64,000 nt of DNA from Glaucostegus cemiculus (GCA_976551045.1 CDPCPM010000011.1:5828001-5892000); one strand, 5' to 3'; counted from the first letter of the stretch, positions 1-14,365 are shown. Notes: generated by a model from the letters alone, not told the origin. Numbers and translations are program-made.

Positions 1-3000
1 TAGTCCTGTGATCGTAAAACCTTCAAATGCTCGCAACAGAAAAAAACAAAAAAAAGTTTAAATTTAAAATGGTAATGATGCACCAATAAGGTGTCAGAGG
101 AATTGCCTTAAGGTTTCAAGTTGAAAGAAAATTATGCCAGAGATCTTATGTCATAATTAAAATACAAAAGCTGCAGCAGCATAAAGTCAGGTGGGAGGAA
201 TGAAGGTCTGCTCTCTTCAATAGATTAGACATGGTTTTTTTTTTCAACCCTGCCACCCAAGTTTGAATCCAGCAAACTTAAATGTAATGGAAGACATACA
301 TCACTGAGCAAAATATTTGGACCAACCTGAGGGTCATCGCCATACACTTTTTAAGTACCATTCAATATCAATTAAATTAAAGTTATATGCGACTCTCAAA
401 TCCAACACAAACTTAATAATCGTCAGACTGACTTCAAACAAATGACAGTGTGTCAAATGGAAAATGAATTTTTTGGACAAATTAGAAGCAAGACATTTGC
501 TCTCCACAGATACAGCAAAACAAAAGTCGTACTCCAATAGATGGCATGAGCTATCTAAAAGAAATTCTTGCTTCATGAGTGAACTAACAGTAGATCATAA
601 TATTCACAGAATTTACATTGCTTATCTTAACACACACAAACATGTGATGTTGATTTAAAATCATACTGTCAACATGCATGCATCAATGAAAATTATTTTA
701 TACTTCCCAGGTGAAGATAAGCACATGAAATGCAACTACTTAGAAATCTGTTCCATGATACTGACCTTTTGGACGCTAAATTTGTGTGTTACCTTTCATT
801 TCTACACATTTTTATTACTGATTTTTTAAATAAGAGTGACAAGCATAAAACATGAGTGTTGTGTAGCTGTTACCCTTTATGTATCTCTCTTTTTGACGGG
901 AAGTGACAGTAAAGTAATTGTTAATTGCTCAGTGGAATGCTTGGATGATTTAAATGGGTTGGTAAATCTTAGGAAATACGTAAAAGATTGTTCATTGGTG
1001 TGTGTCATGTGATCATACACTGCAAACTAAAGACATTATAGCTCTTGTGCTGTAATAACATGACATCACCTTCAGAATTGGGCCAAATTTCACTTTAAAA
1101 AAAATCAATTAGGGAAATACACTGAAAATCCAAAAGCAAATAGCTTGTTGAGTGATAATACAAATATAATCTAAGCCCTGTAAAATATGCCTGGTAAAAC
1201 AATTTGAAATCCCCACAAAGTAATGCTCAGAAAGGAAGAATTGCCTTTTTAAGTTTTGGATGAAATCCTATTTGTGGAGCAACTCACACTAAAAGCTTCA
1301 CTGTTGCCAAATCAATAATTCATTTAGTTTAATGAGATAAGTACTTTGGAAACTAATCGGCAATTGCTTCATTTACTCTAACTTGTTAGAATCTTAATGC
1401 ACTGTATTGCTCCTCTGGTAAGCAATCTTTCAGCAACTGACTTTCCTAAAAACAGAGAGCTGACTTGACATCTTCCCTAATACTGTGGGATTCAGAAGTT
1501 ACAGAAATATTTTAGCAGAATTCAGGAGCACTTGAGACCTCAGCAGGTCTTGAGAAGAATCACGCAAGGTTGACTAGTTATCAACTGCATGGACCTTGCT
1601 GCTGCACCATCCAGCAAGGCTGACAGATTGTGGTTAACCAGCAGCCATTATATTGGGGGGGGGGGGGGGGATTAAATAGCAGTGGTAATGTCTTACAAAA
1701 CAGGATAACTAAACAATGGTCTTGCCACAGAAAGGGAATTCTTGCAATGATTGGTCATTTGAAAGCAGCATTTATTTCTTCGGGGGAAAATAAGCGTGGT
1801 TGTATCCTTTAGGGAGGGCCTAGCTGGAATGAAATAAAAATATTATAAATTTAAAAATAAACATGCCCACTGTGTCCCTGTTTACATCTTGCTAAGGACA
1901 CTGACCATGCTAAAAAAAATGTTCAACAAAGGCACAGGACATTGATGTATGTTCTGTTGAAATTTAGCACCACATTATCAAAATCCAATTAAAAATCATA
2001 CTTAACCTTTCTGACTTTTATCCCCCTGAGCAGCAGGATTCCCCCTTTGAACAGAGTTTATCCTTCTATGAATCCAAATTTAGAAGCCTAATATGAGAGT
2101 TCATATCTAAGAGCAAGGCCTATTTGTTATGTCTAATGATTACAATCAGTGCACATACAGTAGAGTTTAATGTCACTATAATTATACCTCAAGCTTCTTA
2201 TGCCACAATCAAACTGACCAACATACTTTACCAACTCTGATTGAATTTTTCATATGTTGCCATCAGAAAAGATGTCCTCCTTCCTTCTGAAATCTCCATG
2301 ACAGCCAATACCGTGTCATATTGCTTATAATCCCCGAGGCTTTAAAAATTGAACCATAACCCAGAACTGACAGGCCCTGTTGCTGAATCTTACGCGGTGT
2401 CCCGCTGATTCCCATTCAGCAAACTCCCTGCCTGATCATATTCTAGTCATTGACCCATGAAGTTTTGAGTCAGGAGCCTCCCCTCTGTGTCCTCAGCCCT
2501 CTTTGCAAAAGTCCCAAAATCTACAATCATAGCAATTGCTGCAAATTGGTTAATATTTCGCTAGATGCATCTTCAATGCTTTTTAAAATAGTAAGTGTAT
2601 TGTAAACATACTTGAATTTTAAATGTTTGGAGCTTTGTGCTTGGAGATGCAGATGAAAGTGGATAAGTCTGAAGAATGTGACTTAGTAGAATGGCAAAGC
2701 ATGGGGAATAATTCAATCAGTCCTCTTAAGAACTTTCCTCAGCCACTTGTGCTGACACCTCTAATGCTGCTCCTGTGTCGCCCTTCTCCAGATGACAGAT
2801 GGCCTCCAGCCAGCTGCTGCTCTCCTCACCTCCAGACTCTACAGATCAAATGTGCTGTGGTCATCCTCCCATCTGTAAAAATGTGAGTTTTCTAGGGTGC
2901 ATTTGGAAGTTAAGGTATTGCTGGAGTTTAACTGATCCATGATTGAAATTTCTCTGGAGGCTACTGTTCTGTTAAACTGCTTTTTTGGTCTGTCTGACTT

Positions 3001-3375
3001 CTGGCCAGTGCAAGGTCACTGCTGTTGTAGAAGTGGATTATTATTGTGCAGAGGCAATGAAGAACACAGAAGGTCTCTAAGCTAAGTACAACCTCATCTC
3101 TCATCTCTTTTTTGTCTGTAAGTAGGCACGAGTTAGAAAAGACACCCAATTATTTATCAGCATTGCCGTGATAGATGGTAATTTGGTATTAACTAATGTT
3201 ACTCATGCCTTCATTGTCATCAGTTGGAATTAGGGAAAAATATGTTAAGGTCCCAGTTTTATTTGCAGTTGTGTGTGAAAATGTTTTAGTGCTTTAATGA
3301 ATTGGGAAGTGTTTTGAACATCTAGTACCAGAGTTCACAAGTTTATGGTGATTGGCAACAAAATACTGGAATATT

Positions 3376-3650
3376 AGGATATCTTTATTAGGCATATGTA
3401 CATCAAAACAGTGAAATTCATCTTTTGTGCAGATTGTTCTGGGGGCAGCCCGCAAGTGTCGCTATGCTTCCAGCACCAATGTAGCATGCCCATAACTTCC
3501 TAACCTGTACGTCTTTGGAATGTGGAAGGAAACCGGAGCACCCAGAGGAAACCCACACAGACACAAGGAGAACATACAAACTCCTTACAGTGGGCAGAGT
3601 TGAACCCAGGTCACTGGCACTGTAATGGAATTACGGTAACTGCTACACTA
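3376..3650 (-). mobile_element. V-SINE (HE1-like head/core) with Rex1/Babar-type 3' tail
   Basis: Reverse complement gives a tRNA-like head (B box ggttcaa), the V-core ggagtttgtatgttctccttgtgtctgtgtgggtttcctctgggtgctccggtttcc, then gcgacacttgcgggctgccccc and tttcactgt...gtacatatgcctaataaagatatcc. It is colinear with the copy at 52472-52708. Confidence 0.85.
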
Positions 3651-3728
3651 AATTGCTGGTGGTGGAGCTGTTGCAATCTGGAATGAAGTGCAAGGATGAA
3701 GGAAGAGCAGACTCGAAAATAACTTTTA

Positions 3729-3943
3729 AATAACTTTTAATTTAATCTGCATACTAATTTAATTTTAACTTCCGTAGCTTTTAATGTTTAATGTTTTGTA
3801 ATGTTTATTCTGTCAAGTGTGTATGTGTGTCACTGTTGGTTGTTATGTTATTTTATGGGACGAGCACCTGAGGAGGACGGTATCTCGCTCCTATGCATAC
3901 TATGTATGTATATGGTTGTGACAATAAAACTGATTCTGATTCT
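3729..3943 (+). mobile_element. 3' UTR/tail of a non-LTR retrotransposon (Rex/Babar-like), 5'-truncated
   Basis: T-rich UTR ending ...gtatatggttgtgacaataaaactgattctgattct, i.e. gtgacaataaa plus a short tandem tail as at the Rex-type end near 57270. Confidence 0.5.
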
Positions 3944-4024
3944 AAAAGTTATTACTCCTGCCTGAAAGAAATTTGATCCCTATCTTACATTTGGTACATG
4001 ATAGCATGCAAGCTGTAATTTTAG

Positions 4025-5005
4025 CAAATGGGTCCACAGTAAATCCAATCTCAGTGTAGACTAGTGCAAAACAAGATTGTGTCATTGCCCCAATGCTTTT
4101 CTCAATCTTTCTCACTACACCCCACCCTGGAAAATGTGTGACTGTTCAACTTATATAACCACCATTTCAGAATAAACTTTGAAAATGTGCATACCCAAAC
4201 ATTGTCGGTGTACTGCACCTTAATGACAAAGGCCAAGTTCCAAGTCATGGTTGCCTTGTTCACTGAGGCATGTGAGAATCTACACTTAATATCTGCAAAA
4301 AACTGTCAACACTGTCCTCAGACAATAAAGGGAACCACTTCTCAACTGAAGCAGACATCAGTGATGAAATTCAGCTTCACTGCACCAATACATCTTTTGG
4401 CTGCCTAAGGAAAAGAATGTTTGAAGATCAGGACTTCAAACCTAGAGAGTTCATGGTCTGCTTGATGGCAGTGATCATTACCCTCCTGTCTGCTAGACTA
4501 CACACTGTAGGCACCTCAAAAAGCACTGTAGAGACACCACCAACATTGTCTTGGTGAAATCCTCCAAAGGAGGAGATGAAAATCAATGTCAGCAACCTCT
4601 CCTGGATAATATTCCTAACACTCTGACCCCAATTTCTTTTAGCTGGTTCCAATGAGGAGGCCAACAACTCAGCCGGCTTCCAAATCACATATGGTTTTGA
4701 GCTCTGACACTGCAGGGGGTTTTCAGGTGAACAGAGGAAAAAAACACCAAGGATGTTCTTAAAGCCTTCAACACATGGGAACCATATCAGTTCAAAATGG
4801 AAAAGGGCAACTTGGGAATGGGAATCTTCTATTCATTAAGAATGCAGAGAAGTACAATATAAACAGCAGGAGCATGTCACATCCCAGAATACTGATGATC
4901 CCATCAAATAGCTCCTGCATCACCTGTGGCAGAGTATGTGCCCCCCCCAACCCCCACTGGTCTCATTAGCCACCTCAGACCTGGACTGGAAGCAAACCAT
5001 CCTCA
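4025..5005 (+). mobile_element. Decayed RTE-clade LINE (RT to C-terminal Cys/His motif)
   Basis: Translates NGSTVNPISV*TSAKQDCVIAPMLFSIFL (cf. RTE GVKQGCVIAPTLFSIF), then FQVMVALFTEACE, and ends CITCGRVC...GLISHLR. Many stops and frameshifts. Confidence 0.75.
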
Positions 5006-5029
5006 TCAGATTGGGTCTGTGGTCAAAAT

Positions 5030-5316
5030 CTTTTTCTAGAGTAGGGATATCAAAAAAACAAGAGGATGTAGGTTTAAGGTGAGAGAAAGAAGGGAAGTCT
5101 TTTTTTTAAAAAAAGTGGTTGATGACTTGGAATGTGCTACCAGAGGAGATGGTGGAATCAGATACAATTTACAATGCTTAAAAGCATTTAGGTAAACATT
5201 CAAATAGGCAAGTAATAGAAGGATACAGTCCTAATGTGGGATTAGTGTAGAAGGGCAAAAAATATTGGCATGGATGTTGTGGGCCAAAGGGTCTGTTTCT
5301 GTGCTGTATGACTTTG
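5030..5316 (+). mobile_element. CR1 (HER1-like) LINE 3' fragment
   Basis: aggtttaaggtgagag motif and tail gggccaaagggtctgtttctgtgctgtatgac. Confidence 0.85.
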
Positions 5317-6169
5317 GCTGTAATATTTGTGGACTGACTGAAAAGAAGAAACTCTTCCTGTGAAATGTCTTAAGATATTTTATGACATTAAGGGTGTATA
5401 CAAGTTGTTGGTCCAAATCATTCAGCGTCTGGATAATTGAGATCACAAACACCATTCAGAGGAACATAGGTTTGTTTGAGGGATTGAACCATGAAAAATA
5501 GCTGGAATAAGCTCTCAAAATTTGGCAGTTAATGTTAATCCACTTAATGAACACTTGAGCAATTTGCAGCTACATTTCAAAATTCTTTCCTGTGATGCAT
5601 CATTCTTATTTTCATCTTGTCAAACTTTCTTGCATCCTGTTGTCAAATTTTTCCCTTCCATTTGTTACTCCTTTGCCTTCCTTCTGACTGATGCTTCCCT
5701 CTGACCAGATCTAGGTATTTGTAATTATGTAAACTTATTGTGCTGTGTACAGATTTATTCCATCCCAATTAAATTTGTTCCAGCTTATTGGGTGACATGC
5801 AAATTTATTATTGGGATTCATTCATACAATGATTTATTAGGAGATGGGAGGTCACATGAAGTAATGAGCTTGTTAGCAGCATGAAGTTAGCAACTTCTGG
5901 AACAAACACTGAATCTTGCAACAGAAGGTCTCCAAAAGAAAACAACCCATCCTCCCTAAAGGCCTAAAGTCTTGGGACTTGCAGACATATATTAAAATGT
6001 TTCTTTCTAGAACACATGACCATATGCTTTCTATAATATGTTTGTGCGACAGTTCTGCAAATAGTTTCCTGACATAGGCAAGTTTTTTTTTGAACCACAC
6101 TTGATTGGGCCAATATTTATATTTCATTACCACCAGAAACAGGCCATTCACTCATGGTCAACACTGACA

Positions 6170-6740
6170 ATGATGTTGCAAAGAGCTTAGTTAGGCCACA
6201 CTTGGAGTATTGTGTGCAGTTCTGGCCACCGCACTACAGGAAGGATGTGGAAGTTTGGGGGAGGTACAGAAGAGGTTCGGCAGGATATTGCTGGATTGGA
6301 GTGTATTAGCTAGAAGGAGAGGCTGAGCAAACTTGGACTGTTTCTGTTGGAGTGTTGGAGTGTCAAAGGCTGGGGAGTGACCTGATAAAAATATATAAAA
6401 TTATGAGAGGCGTAGATAGTTAGTATTTCTACCCCCCTCCCCCAAAATGGAAATGTCAACTACTAGAGGACATAGGTTTAAGGAGAGGGGGAAAGTTTAA
6501 AAGGAGATGTGTGAAGCACATTTTTATTAAAAAACAAAGAACGGTTGGTGCCTGAGACATAATGCTAGGGAAGGTGATAGAAGCAGATATGAAAGCAATG
6601 TTTAAGAGGCATTTAGACAGACACATGAACAGGCAGGGAATAGAGTGCTATGGATCATGTGCAGGCAGACGGGATTAGTTCGATGGGCATTATGGTGGAC
6701 CAAAAGGCCTGTTCCTGTGTCGAACTGCTTTATGTTCTAC
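6170..6740 (+). mobile_element. CR1 LINE 3' fragment
   Basis: Encodes [21 protein letters not shown] and TRGHRFK, and ends with the tail ggcctgttcctgtg...tatgttcta. Confidence 0.9.
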
Positions 6741-6789
6741 ATTTCTTTTCATTCTTCTTCACTTCATTCTGTCACAGGAGATCCTTCCA

Positions 6790-6925
6790 TTCTTTTCTCC
6801 CTTGCATGGCTATTTAATATTTTTCTTAAAAGATATCTGCCTCAACTATTCCTTACAGCAGTGTTCCACATTGTTATCCTCTGAGTAAAGAAGTATCACC
6901 CAAGTTTGCTATTGGATTTGTATCT
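6790..6925 (-). mobile_element. Old CR1 fragment
   Basis: gcctcaactattccttacagcagtgttccacattg...ctctgagtaaagaagt matches the antisense of the CR1 FTQRVV..WN region. Confidence 0.5.
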
Positions 6926-9900
6926 CCTTTATGAAAAGATTTCAAGGTTTCCACTAATTTCACAAAAACAGCTCAAACGAGAGACAAGTAACCCAAAGCA
7001 GAATCCCCAAACAACTGAAACATTTTGAGGTGGTTCTTACTGCAAGAATATACTAACTTTTAAACAATGATTTTTTACAGTTCGGCTGATTTATCATTTC
7101 TGCCTCTGGCACTGGTTTTGCACTGTATCCTCCTTGTTAACTGATCCATCAAGCAAGGTTTGTCAAAACCAGGGCATTGACAGACCTGACTATCTATGTT
7201 ACAACCTGGAACAATTCTAACTTCTGGCCTTCAGGACTTACAGTTCCATGTGCTACCTTACATAGTCTGATGTTCTTGTGAATGTAAGTTCCTAACCAAA
7301 GTAGGACTCTACAGTTTCCAGGTGTGAATGCCGTTAGAGTTCACCAGAAATAAAATATGCAGATGTTTCTGTGCGCAGATTGCAGTGAAGCTTTTCAATT
7401 GGCTTAAACTACAGTAAAACCCCAATAATCCACTGTCCCATTGTTTGGAAAACCTGATGGTTTGCCATCAGGCTCACCAGGGGGCCCATTGCTACATTCT
7501 TTATACCCACCAGGGCCCTGTTCCCATGCTCCTTATAAACATACTGTGGCCCATCCCATGCTCCCTTTAAACTCAATTGGTTCACTGGAAAATTTATTAT
7601 ATTGTTGTGAAACATGTAAAAAAGTGAAATAAACACATTGGGTATTAATAGCAGTAATATCAAATAGTCTGCAGAAGCTGTCAGTCAAGTGCCCTGAATA
7701 TTCCAAGGGTGCCCATTGTTTGAGCTTTATTGTAAAACAAAGTACATTATGACTAACTTGAATTATCTATAAATTTGCAGACTCATGCAAATCTACCCAA
7801 CCCAGTCAGTGAAAATTGTTGAAAACAAATAGAAAAACTATTGCTATGTTTATCTCAATTACTGAGGCAAAAAAAGGAAGAGGATTGAAATTGTATTTAT
7901 TATTAACCTGATGTTTACATCTTTAAATTCCTTCAATAAAGTTTTTTTTTGCACAAAACTCTGGACTCCAATCAAAGAGAGAACACTGATTTCCCCAGAA
8001 TGCTGTCTGATGATCTTCTTTGACTATATGCTATGAAGCTCCTTTGGAAGATAACCAGCGATGAGTTGTTAAACATAGGGGTGGGGAGGCAGTATTGGCA
8101 AAAACATCTCTTTGGAGTCACCCTAGATACTATATTATTGCAAACAGCAAGTACTGGCACAATTAGATTGGCTCTGTACAGAATATTTGAGAGTATACTT
8201 TTCTGAAGAGGTAGTGTGGGGTTGCTAGTCTTGTGAAGCCCTACCTGTGGGAATGGTCCATTCCATTTGTAGGCCATGCATGCTCAAATGAAATTTCTAC
8301 ATGCAACTTCAAAGTGTGTTGCATGCTGTCTGGCATCCATGCACACATCTTGGTCCTTCAATTACAAGTGCCAGGAGGACCTGGAACAAATTTAGTGTTC
8401 AATGAAACCTCTGCATCAAGTGCTCAGTCACATTTAGCATTCGGTTTTTGATTCAATTCCTTCATGCAGCACGCAAAACATGGTACTGCACAAAAGAATT
8501 CCAAGGCCACTTTCTTTCTGATGTAGAAGAGAATTCAGCTGGACAATCACATACAGTGGCTTAATTAAGGTTTCAGTTTATTACCTCACTTCTATTACTT
8601 TTGCCCGCAGAGATCCAGTGTGCTGTTTGTAATACACATTCCTAGGAACAGAGTGGAATAATGAGAGGCATATTAAATTTATTTTTGTGGGTAATGTTTC
8701 TTGTAAGTACTTTCAACCAAACTAAATTCTAGGGATCTTCATAATTGGCTGAAAGACTGAAGTTTAAAATTTCATTCTAAAGTGTGCTTAAGGTTGAAAC
8801 TTGTGCACTTTACTGGAGGAAACCTGGCCATTTCTGTTGCTAACCTGATAATGGAACAGATACATTGGAACTGTGCTTAACATGCAATAATGACATGCCT
8901 GTAGGTTCTCCTGACTGATCAGGAAGGATTGATTAGCTTTCCCTATTCAGGGTACCAGAGTTACCATGAGCTGCAAAGTGAACATACAGCTACCTCTAAT
9001 GAACATTCCAATGTCAACTTGTTGGTAAATGCAACCCCAATTCTAAATGGCAAAGCCTTTGAGGCAGCAGAGCTTTGTGTGATGTGACCTCACCATGTGT
9101 GTTGACCAGAATAAGCATCACTTAAATCAGCTAAAACCTGTATCAACTGACTATGCCATAGCTCTTTGCTTTAGACCACTGTCAAACTTGTTAAGAGTTG
9201 TGAATGTTTCTGAAATTCCAGCAAAAGAAATCAATAACTATTTAAAATCAATGAAACACTTGAATAAAATAATAAAAACATATAAGCAAACAACTAATTT
9301 AAAAAGTTAACTTAGTTACCCTTGTTACCAAAACTGTTCCTTGCTATTGAAATGAATGAATTTGCTATTCCTATGCTCTATTTATCCCATTACAGATTCA
9401 GTGGGCATGTTTCCCGTCATAAATGCACAGAGTTAAAGCAAGTTTGAGCACTGATTCTGGACTCTGTGAGGAGTTCAAAGTTGGAGCACAGCCAGGAACC
9501 ACTGGCAAAGGGTAATCAGGAAGTCTGAAACTTCTTCATTCACGTGAGAATTGTGAACTTGGTAGCACTTATACAGAAATACTGACAGCTCAGCATGGAA
9601 CGGGATACATTTTTCAGCAAGTTTCAGCCTATTATCGTTTGTTTTTGCAGTTTTTAAGCATACTGATTCAAGGATTTTTATTTTTTTTTATTCACTGGAG
9701 TGTGCATCTCTCCCAGCTTCCTTACCTCAGCATCTACCATTCCAACAACATAACCTCTGACTCACCATGAACAATGCAACCGTGGATCCATTAGTAATAT
9801 TAGAAAACTGCCTACTCTTTGACACTCTTCAATATCACACTCAAGCTCATGCCAATAGCTATGTCATACCTGCATTTCATTGACTGAAATTTTATATTCA

Positions 9901-12900
9901 TAAATCACTGACAAATCCAAGCCGAACAGGTACACATTCATGTCAATCAGCAAATAGCAAGCAGGAATGAAAGTCATGAGTCATGAATCATGATGTTAGA
10001 AAGACCGATTTAAATATATAACAGCCAGGAACAGCTACCTAAAGAAAGTAAATCTTCCAAAAATGCAGTCAAATTGTGTTGAGCTCCCATCTTGGAAATT
10101 TCTTTGGGATACAGCAACCTTTAAGATTTTCACTGTTCCTCAGAAAAAGTGACAATAATAAACCAATACAAAAATGAATCAATTCTGCATAAAATGTTTC
10201 CAGGTGTAGTGCAGGTACTGTTAATTCCCAGAAATTGTTCTCATTTATTTTTAATTCTGTAAAGGAAGACTAACCCTGACACATGCCTATTATCTAAAGT
10301 AAATGAAGTCTGTGTGAGGTATTCTGGATATGGAGGTAGAAATTCATACTTTGGTCAACAGCCAATTCTGAAATTTCCATTGAAGTCACTAGAACCAAAA
10401 GGGCTGAATTTAGACTCCAGCCCACAAATGCCACCACAGTGCATGGGAGCTGGATGAAGTTCAACAACAAAGTTTAACAGCATGGTTTATTATTTGGGGA
10501 ATATGCCAAACCTAAGACCTCCCCCTTAATCTTGCTTTCCAATTGAAATAAAGCTACAAAGATGAAACTAGCTTTGTCAATTGAAACTAAGACTTTCCAA
10601 TTGAACAACACCATCAAGGCAACAAAAAATGTTTTAGTGTGCTGATTTTTGATTGGTAATATATACTAATATTACACGTGTTACTTTCACACAATAATAC
10701 TCCCACTTATTGTGGTCCTTTAGTAGTTTAGGCCTTTACTAGGTTTTGATATTTCAGAGAAAGTATTTCATTCTTCAGTTATACTCAAATGCCTGAATAG
10801 TTCATGTTTATAGGACCAGCATATCCCCATTGAAGGGCTGAGTAACTGACTAAACCACATGTAAATGCACTTAATCCCCTCTGAACCAAGCCTGTGACCC
10901 AACACCTCCAACCTTCCCAAGTCTCAGAATTTGGAAACAGAATCAGAAAATGTAAAATAACATTAGAGTTCTCAGTTTAAAAGATAAGTCTAAAAAAAGT
11001 GCTCTAGCTATTTAATGCAGAGATCAGTATTGTTCAAACAGCTTTGGCTTTTTACACAAGTCTACTTGTGCTTAGCTCACACCTGCTCCCCTCCACACTA
11101 AACATCCCTGCTCCTTGTCTGTGACCTTTTCCAGAAATTGTCCCTGCCCAACAGCTACCCAGCATCTCAGTCAGGTTGGCTTTTGGGCAGACAACCTGGG
11201 AAACCCACAGCCTTGCTGTGGTGCTCAGAGAAGTTTACAATTCCAGGTTCCCTGACAACAACAGGGAAAAACTGTAGCCAGGTGAATTTCAGGACTTTGC
11301 CTACACCATTGTTTCTCATTAGTGATGGAGAAGCCTAGCCCAGATTATTAGGTTTTCTGTGCAACAATATTGTTAACCATTCTCATCACATACATGTGTT
11401 AATATTCCTGGTTTTTTTTCCTCTTAGTTTTGAGTCTGACTAGCCAAACACAAATAATACAATGCTTGCTGCCTGCAGATTTCATCCACTTTCTATTGTT
11501 ATCTTCTGACTGAATATACTTACTTGACTTGGAAGTTTCAGTAGGCGATGATTTAAGCAGGAAGAATTAAAGTTAATATCACCTTTCCATCAGTTTTATA
11601 TTTCTTGGTTTTCTCTGTGAATGCTTATACTCCATAAACACATGAACCAGTTTACCAACTGGAAAAATAAATTTGGCAATGCAGCCATCTGCAGATTTGT
11701 GTAATTTATATTTTTATTTACATTCAGCACATTCACCACTCTCTTCTGTGCAGGGGAATCATTCCTCATAGGCGTCTTCTGGAATGTAACTGTAATCTGA
11801 AGAGAGAATTTTGATCGTGGAACTGCAAAAATCAGAAAACCTTTGCCTAGAAATTCATTGCCAGTCTGTAGAGCCAAATACTGCATTTCAAAGGAACTGT
11901 ACAATTTGCTGACTCTGCCTGCAACACATTTAGTGTTACTGACCAGGGCTAAATTTCCATACAAGGGCGTTTTGAATGTAGAAGCAACCTTTTAGGCACA
12001 CAGCTTCTGCAAACAGCCTAATATATCAGGATCCTGTGGTAATATGTTCACTCCGTACCACTTGTCACTTTACAGGTTCTCTGAAACAGACAACAGCTTG
12101 CAAGCCTAATTGTTTGCTTCAACAATTTTCCTTCAAGGGTATTAATTTGTTCTTACATAAGCAGATAATTTAACGTCACCCTTCTTTACTTGGATTGTAT
12201 CAGTGAGAGACTAAATTCCTGCTTGATGTCTTCACTTTGTCATCATTAAATTCTTGTGTGGATTGTGAGTAGAGTATTTTGGAGGGAGAATTTAAGGAAT
12301 ATACCTCCTGTATTTTTAGGGCACTGGCCACTTGATTTGATTGATAATTGCTTCATGAAACAACCTGAAAAATGCACCATTTTCCCATTACTTTTTCTGA
12401 TATGACCACATGCAAGTGACAGGCAGGAAAATAAATTTTGCCAAGAGAAATCTGAGGGAAATTCCTGGGCTATTAGGGGAAATCTTATAGATTCAAGAAA
12501 TGCCACCCAGATGCTCTAATGCAATCAAAACTAATCTAGGGGATTGTATACACCATGTGTTATCCAAAAAAATCCAGTTATACATGATACAGTCTCTGCC
12601 ACTGTCAAGAGATGATCCAGACCCTTTTTGAAGGCATACTGAGCATTTGGATTATATTGCACTAATTTTTAATGCATTTCAAATACTCCCTTCTCTCTCA
12701 GAAGTGAACCACATAAAATGAAGTTTAATCCTACTCTTACATCAGTTAAACTCAGGTTCGTATGCCTTTCACAATATGTTGAACTGAGCAAAAATTATTT
12801 CAGTATTAGTTCTAACCAGTTTGTAATTTTTTTTGTTGACTTCTATCACGAAATCTCCAAATCTAGGGTCACCTAAAGTGAACACCCATTTCTATATATC

Positions 12901-13184
12901 AACGTCATGTTTCTCTCTCTTTCTTCCGAGGGAAACTAAATTCACAGCCAGTTTTTCCATTTGGCATATTCAGGAAAATCAAAGGTTTTCCCTGATACCC
13001 TGACCAACATTATTCCCCTCTCCAATGTTAATCTTTCAAACAATTCTGTCAAAATTAGTTTAATCAGTAATTCACTTATTTTCTGAGGGAACCTGGCTGC
13101 TAAAATTATCCACCTGAGCAAAATTATCTCAAAAATCATTTACTGGATGTCACAAACAGCGTTTGATAGCTAGATCAAAATGCT

Positions 13185-14265
13185 CATCAGTCGATGCTGT
13201 GTATGTGGGTTTTAAAAAGGCAATTGCAAAAATGCAAGAGATTATTAATCAGAATTAGAACACAGGGTATTAGGAGTAATACTGGTGTGGACTGAGCATT
13301 GGTTAATGGACAAAAATGGAGAATAGGAATAAACAGGATGTTTTGTTGCAGAGGTGGGTGCTGAGGCCTCAAAGATTCTCCATCCATATCAATGATTCAC
13401 AATCTATAGCAAGTTTGCTAATAATACAGAACTAGGCAGCAGTGTGGGATTTGAGAAGAATCCGGGGAGTCTTCAGGAGGACAAAGAAGGTTAAAATGGT
13501 TAGCTGAGGGCAGAGCAGAAGGAATATAATGTAGAAAAATGTGCAGTCATCTATTTTGGTAGGAAAATAGAAAATTGGAGTATTTTTGAAATGGTATTAG
13601 ATTGAAAAACATTGGTATTCAGGGAGAGCTGGGTATCCTGGTTACACAGATTCAGCCACAGCAAGCAATTCAGAAGGCAAACAGTATATTACCCTCTTGC
13701 GAGAGGATTTGAGTACAAGAGTAGAGACTTCTTGTTCCAGGTTCATATGGCCCTGATGAGACTGCATCTAGAATATTATTTGTCTGGTCTCTCTACCAGA
13801 GGGAGAACATTCTTGTGTTTGAAGGAGAGCAGTAAATGTTTACTAAGCTGGTTCATAGGGTGGTGGGTTTATTGTATCAGAGGAGATTAACAGCCTGGGT
13901 CTATGGTCTTGAGTTTAGAAGAATGCCAAATGAATTGATTGAAATTTACAAAATTCTTATGGTATATTATAAGGTAGATGTAAAGTTGATGCTTCCCCTA
14001 ACTGGAGGTGTTCAGAGCTAAAGGTCAGAGTCTTGAAAAGAAAATTCTTCACGGAGAGGGTGGTGAGTCTTTAAATTCTCTAACCAAGAGGGATATGGAG
14101 GCTCAGTTTTGAATTACCTTGAAGATGGAGGTCAGGGGACTTCTAAATATTAAAGGAATCAAGGAACATGGGATTACTGGAGGAAAGTGATGCTAAAATA
14201 GAAGATTGGCTATGATCTTACTGAATGGCAGAGAAGATACAAAGTGTCAAATTACCTATTCCTAG
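13185..14265 (+). mobile_element. Decayed CR1 LINE (RT core to 3' tail), older subfamily
   Basis: VDAVYVGFKKA, KFANNT (for KFADDT) and LMRLHLEY remnants. Tail gattggctatgatcttactgaatggcagag. Confidence 0.85.
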
Positions 14266-14294
14266 AGTCATACAGCATTCTCCACTACTCAGTG

Positions 14295-14365
14295 CCCTGA
14301 CTGATGAAGGCTAGTGTGCCAAACACCTCCTTCACCACCCTATTTACCTGTGGCACCACTTCCTG
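14295..14365 (-). mobile_element. Short CR1 internal fragment
   Basis: ctgatgaaggctagtgtgccaaacacctccttcaccaccctatttacctgtggcaccact is antisense VAPQVNRVVKEVFGTLAFI, homologous to 63130-63185. Confidence 0.7.

Noticed and set aside
1655-1670. G16 homopolymer
   Set aside because: Simple mononucleotide run with no supporting context, and its length is unreliable in assemblies.
10535-10605. Three local caattgaa-containing repeats
   Set aside because: Explained by ordinary short tandem slippage.
11738-11797. Possible 60-nt minus-strand exon (ITVTFQKTPMRNDSPAQKRV)
   Set aside because: The acceptor is good, but the donor (gtgaat) is mediocre and the peptide is unrecognised. Evidence is insufficient.
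14302-14330. ctgatga as another hammerhead (also at 63129)
   Set aside because: It is antisense CR1 coding sequence (AFIS) with no stem II or GAAA.
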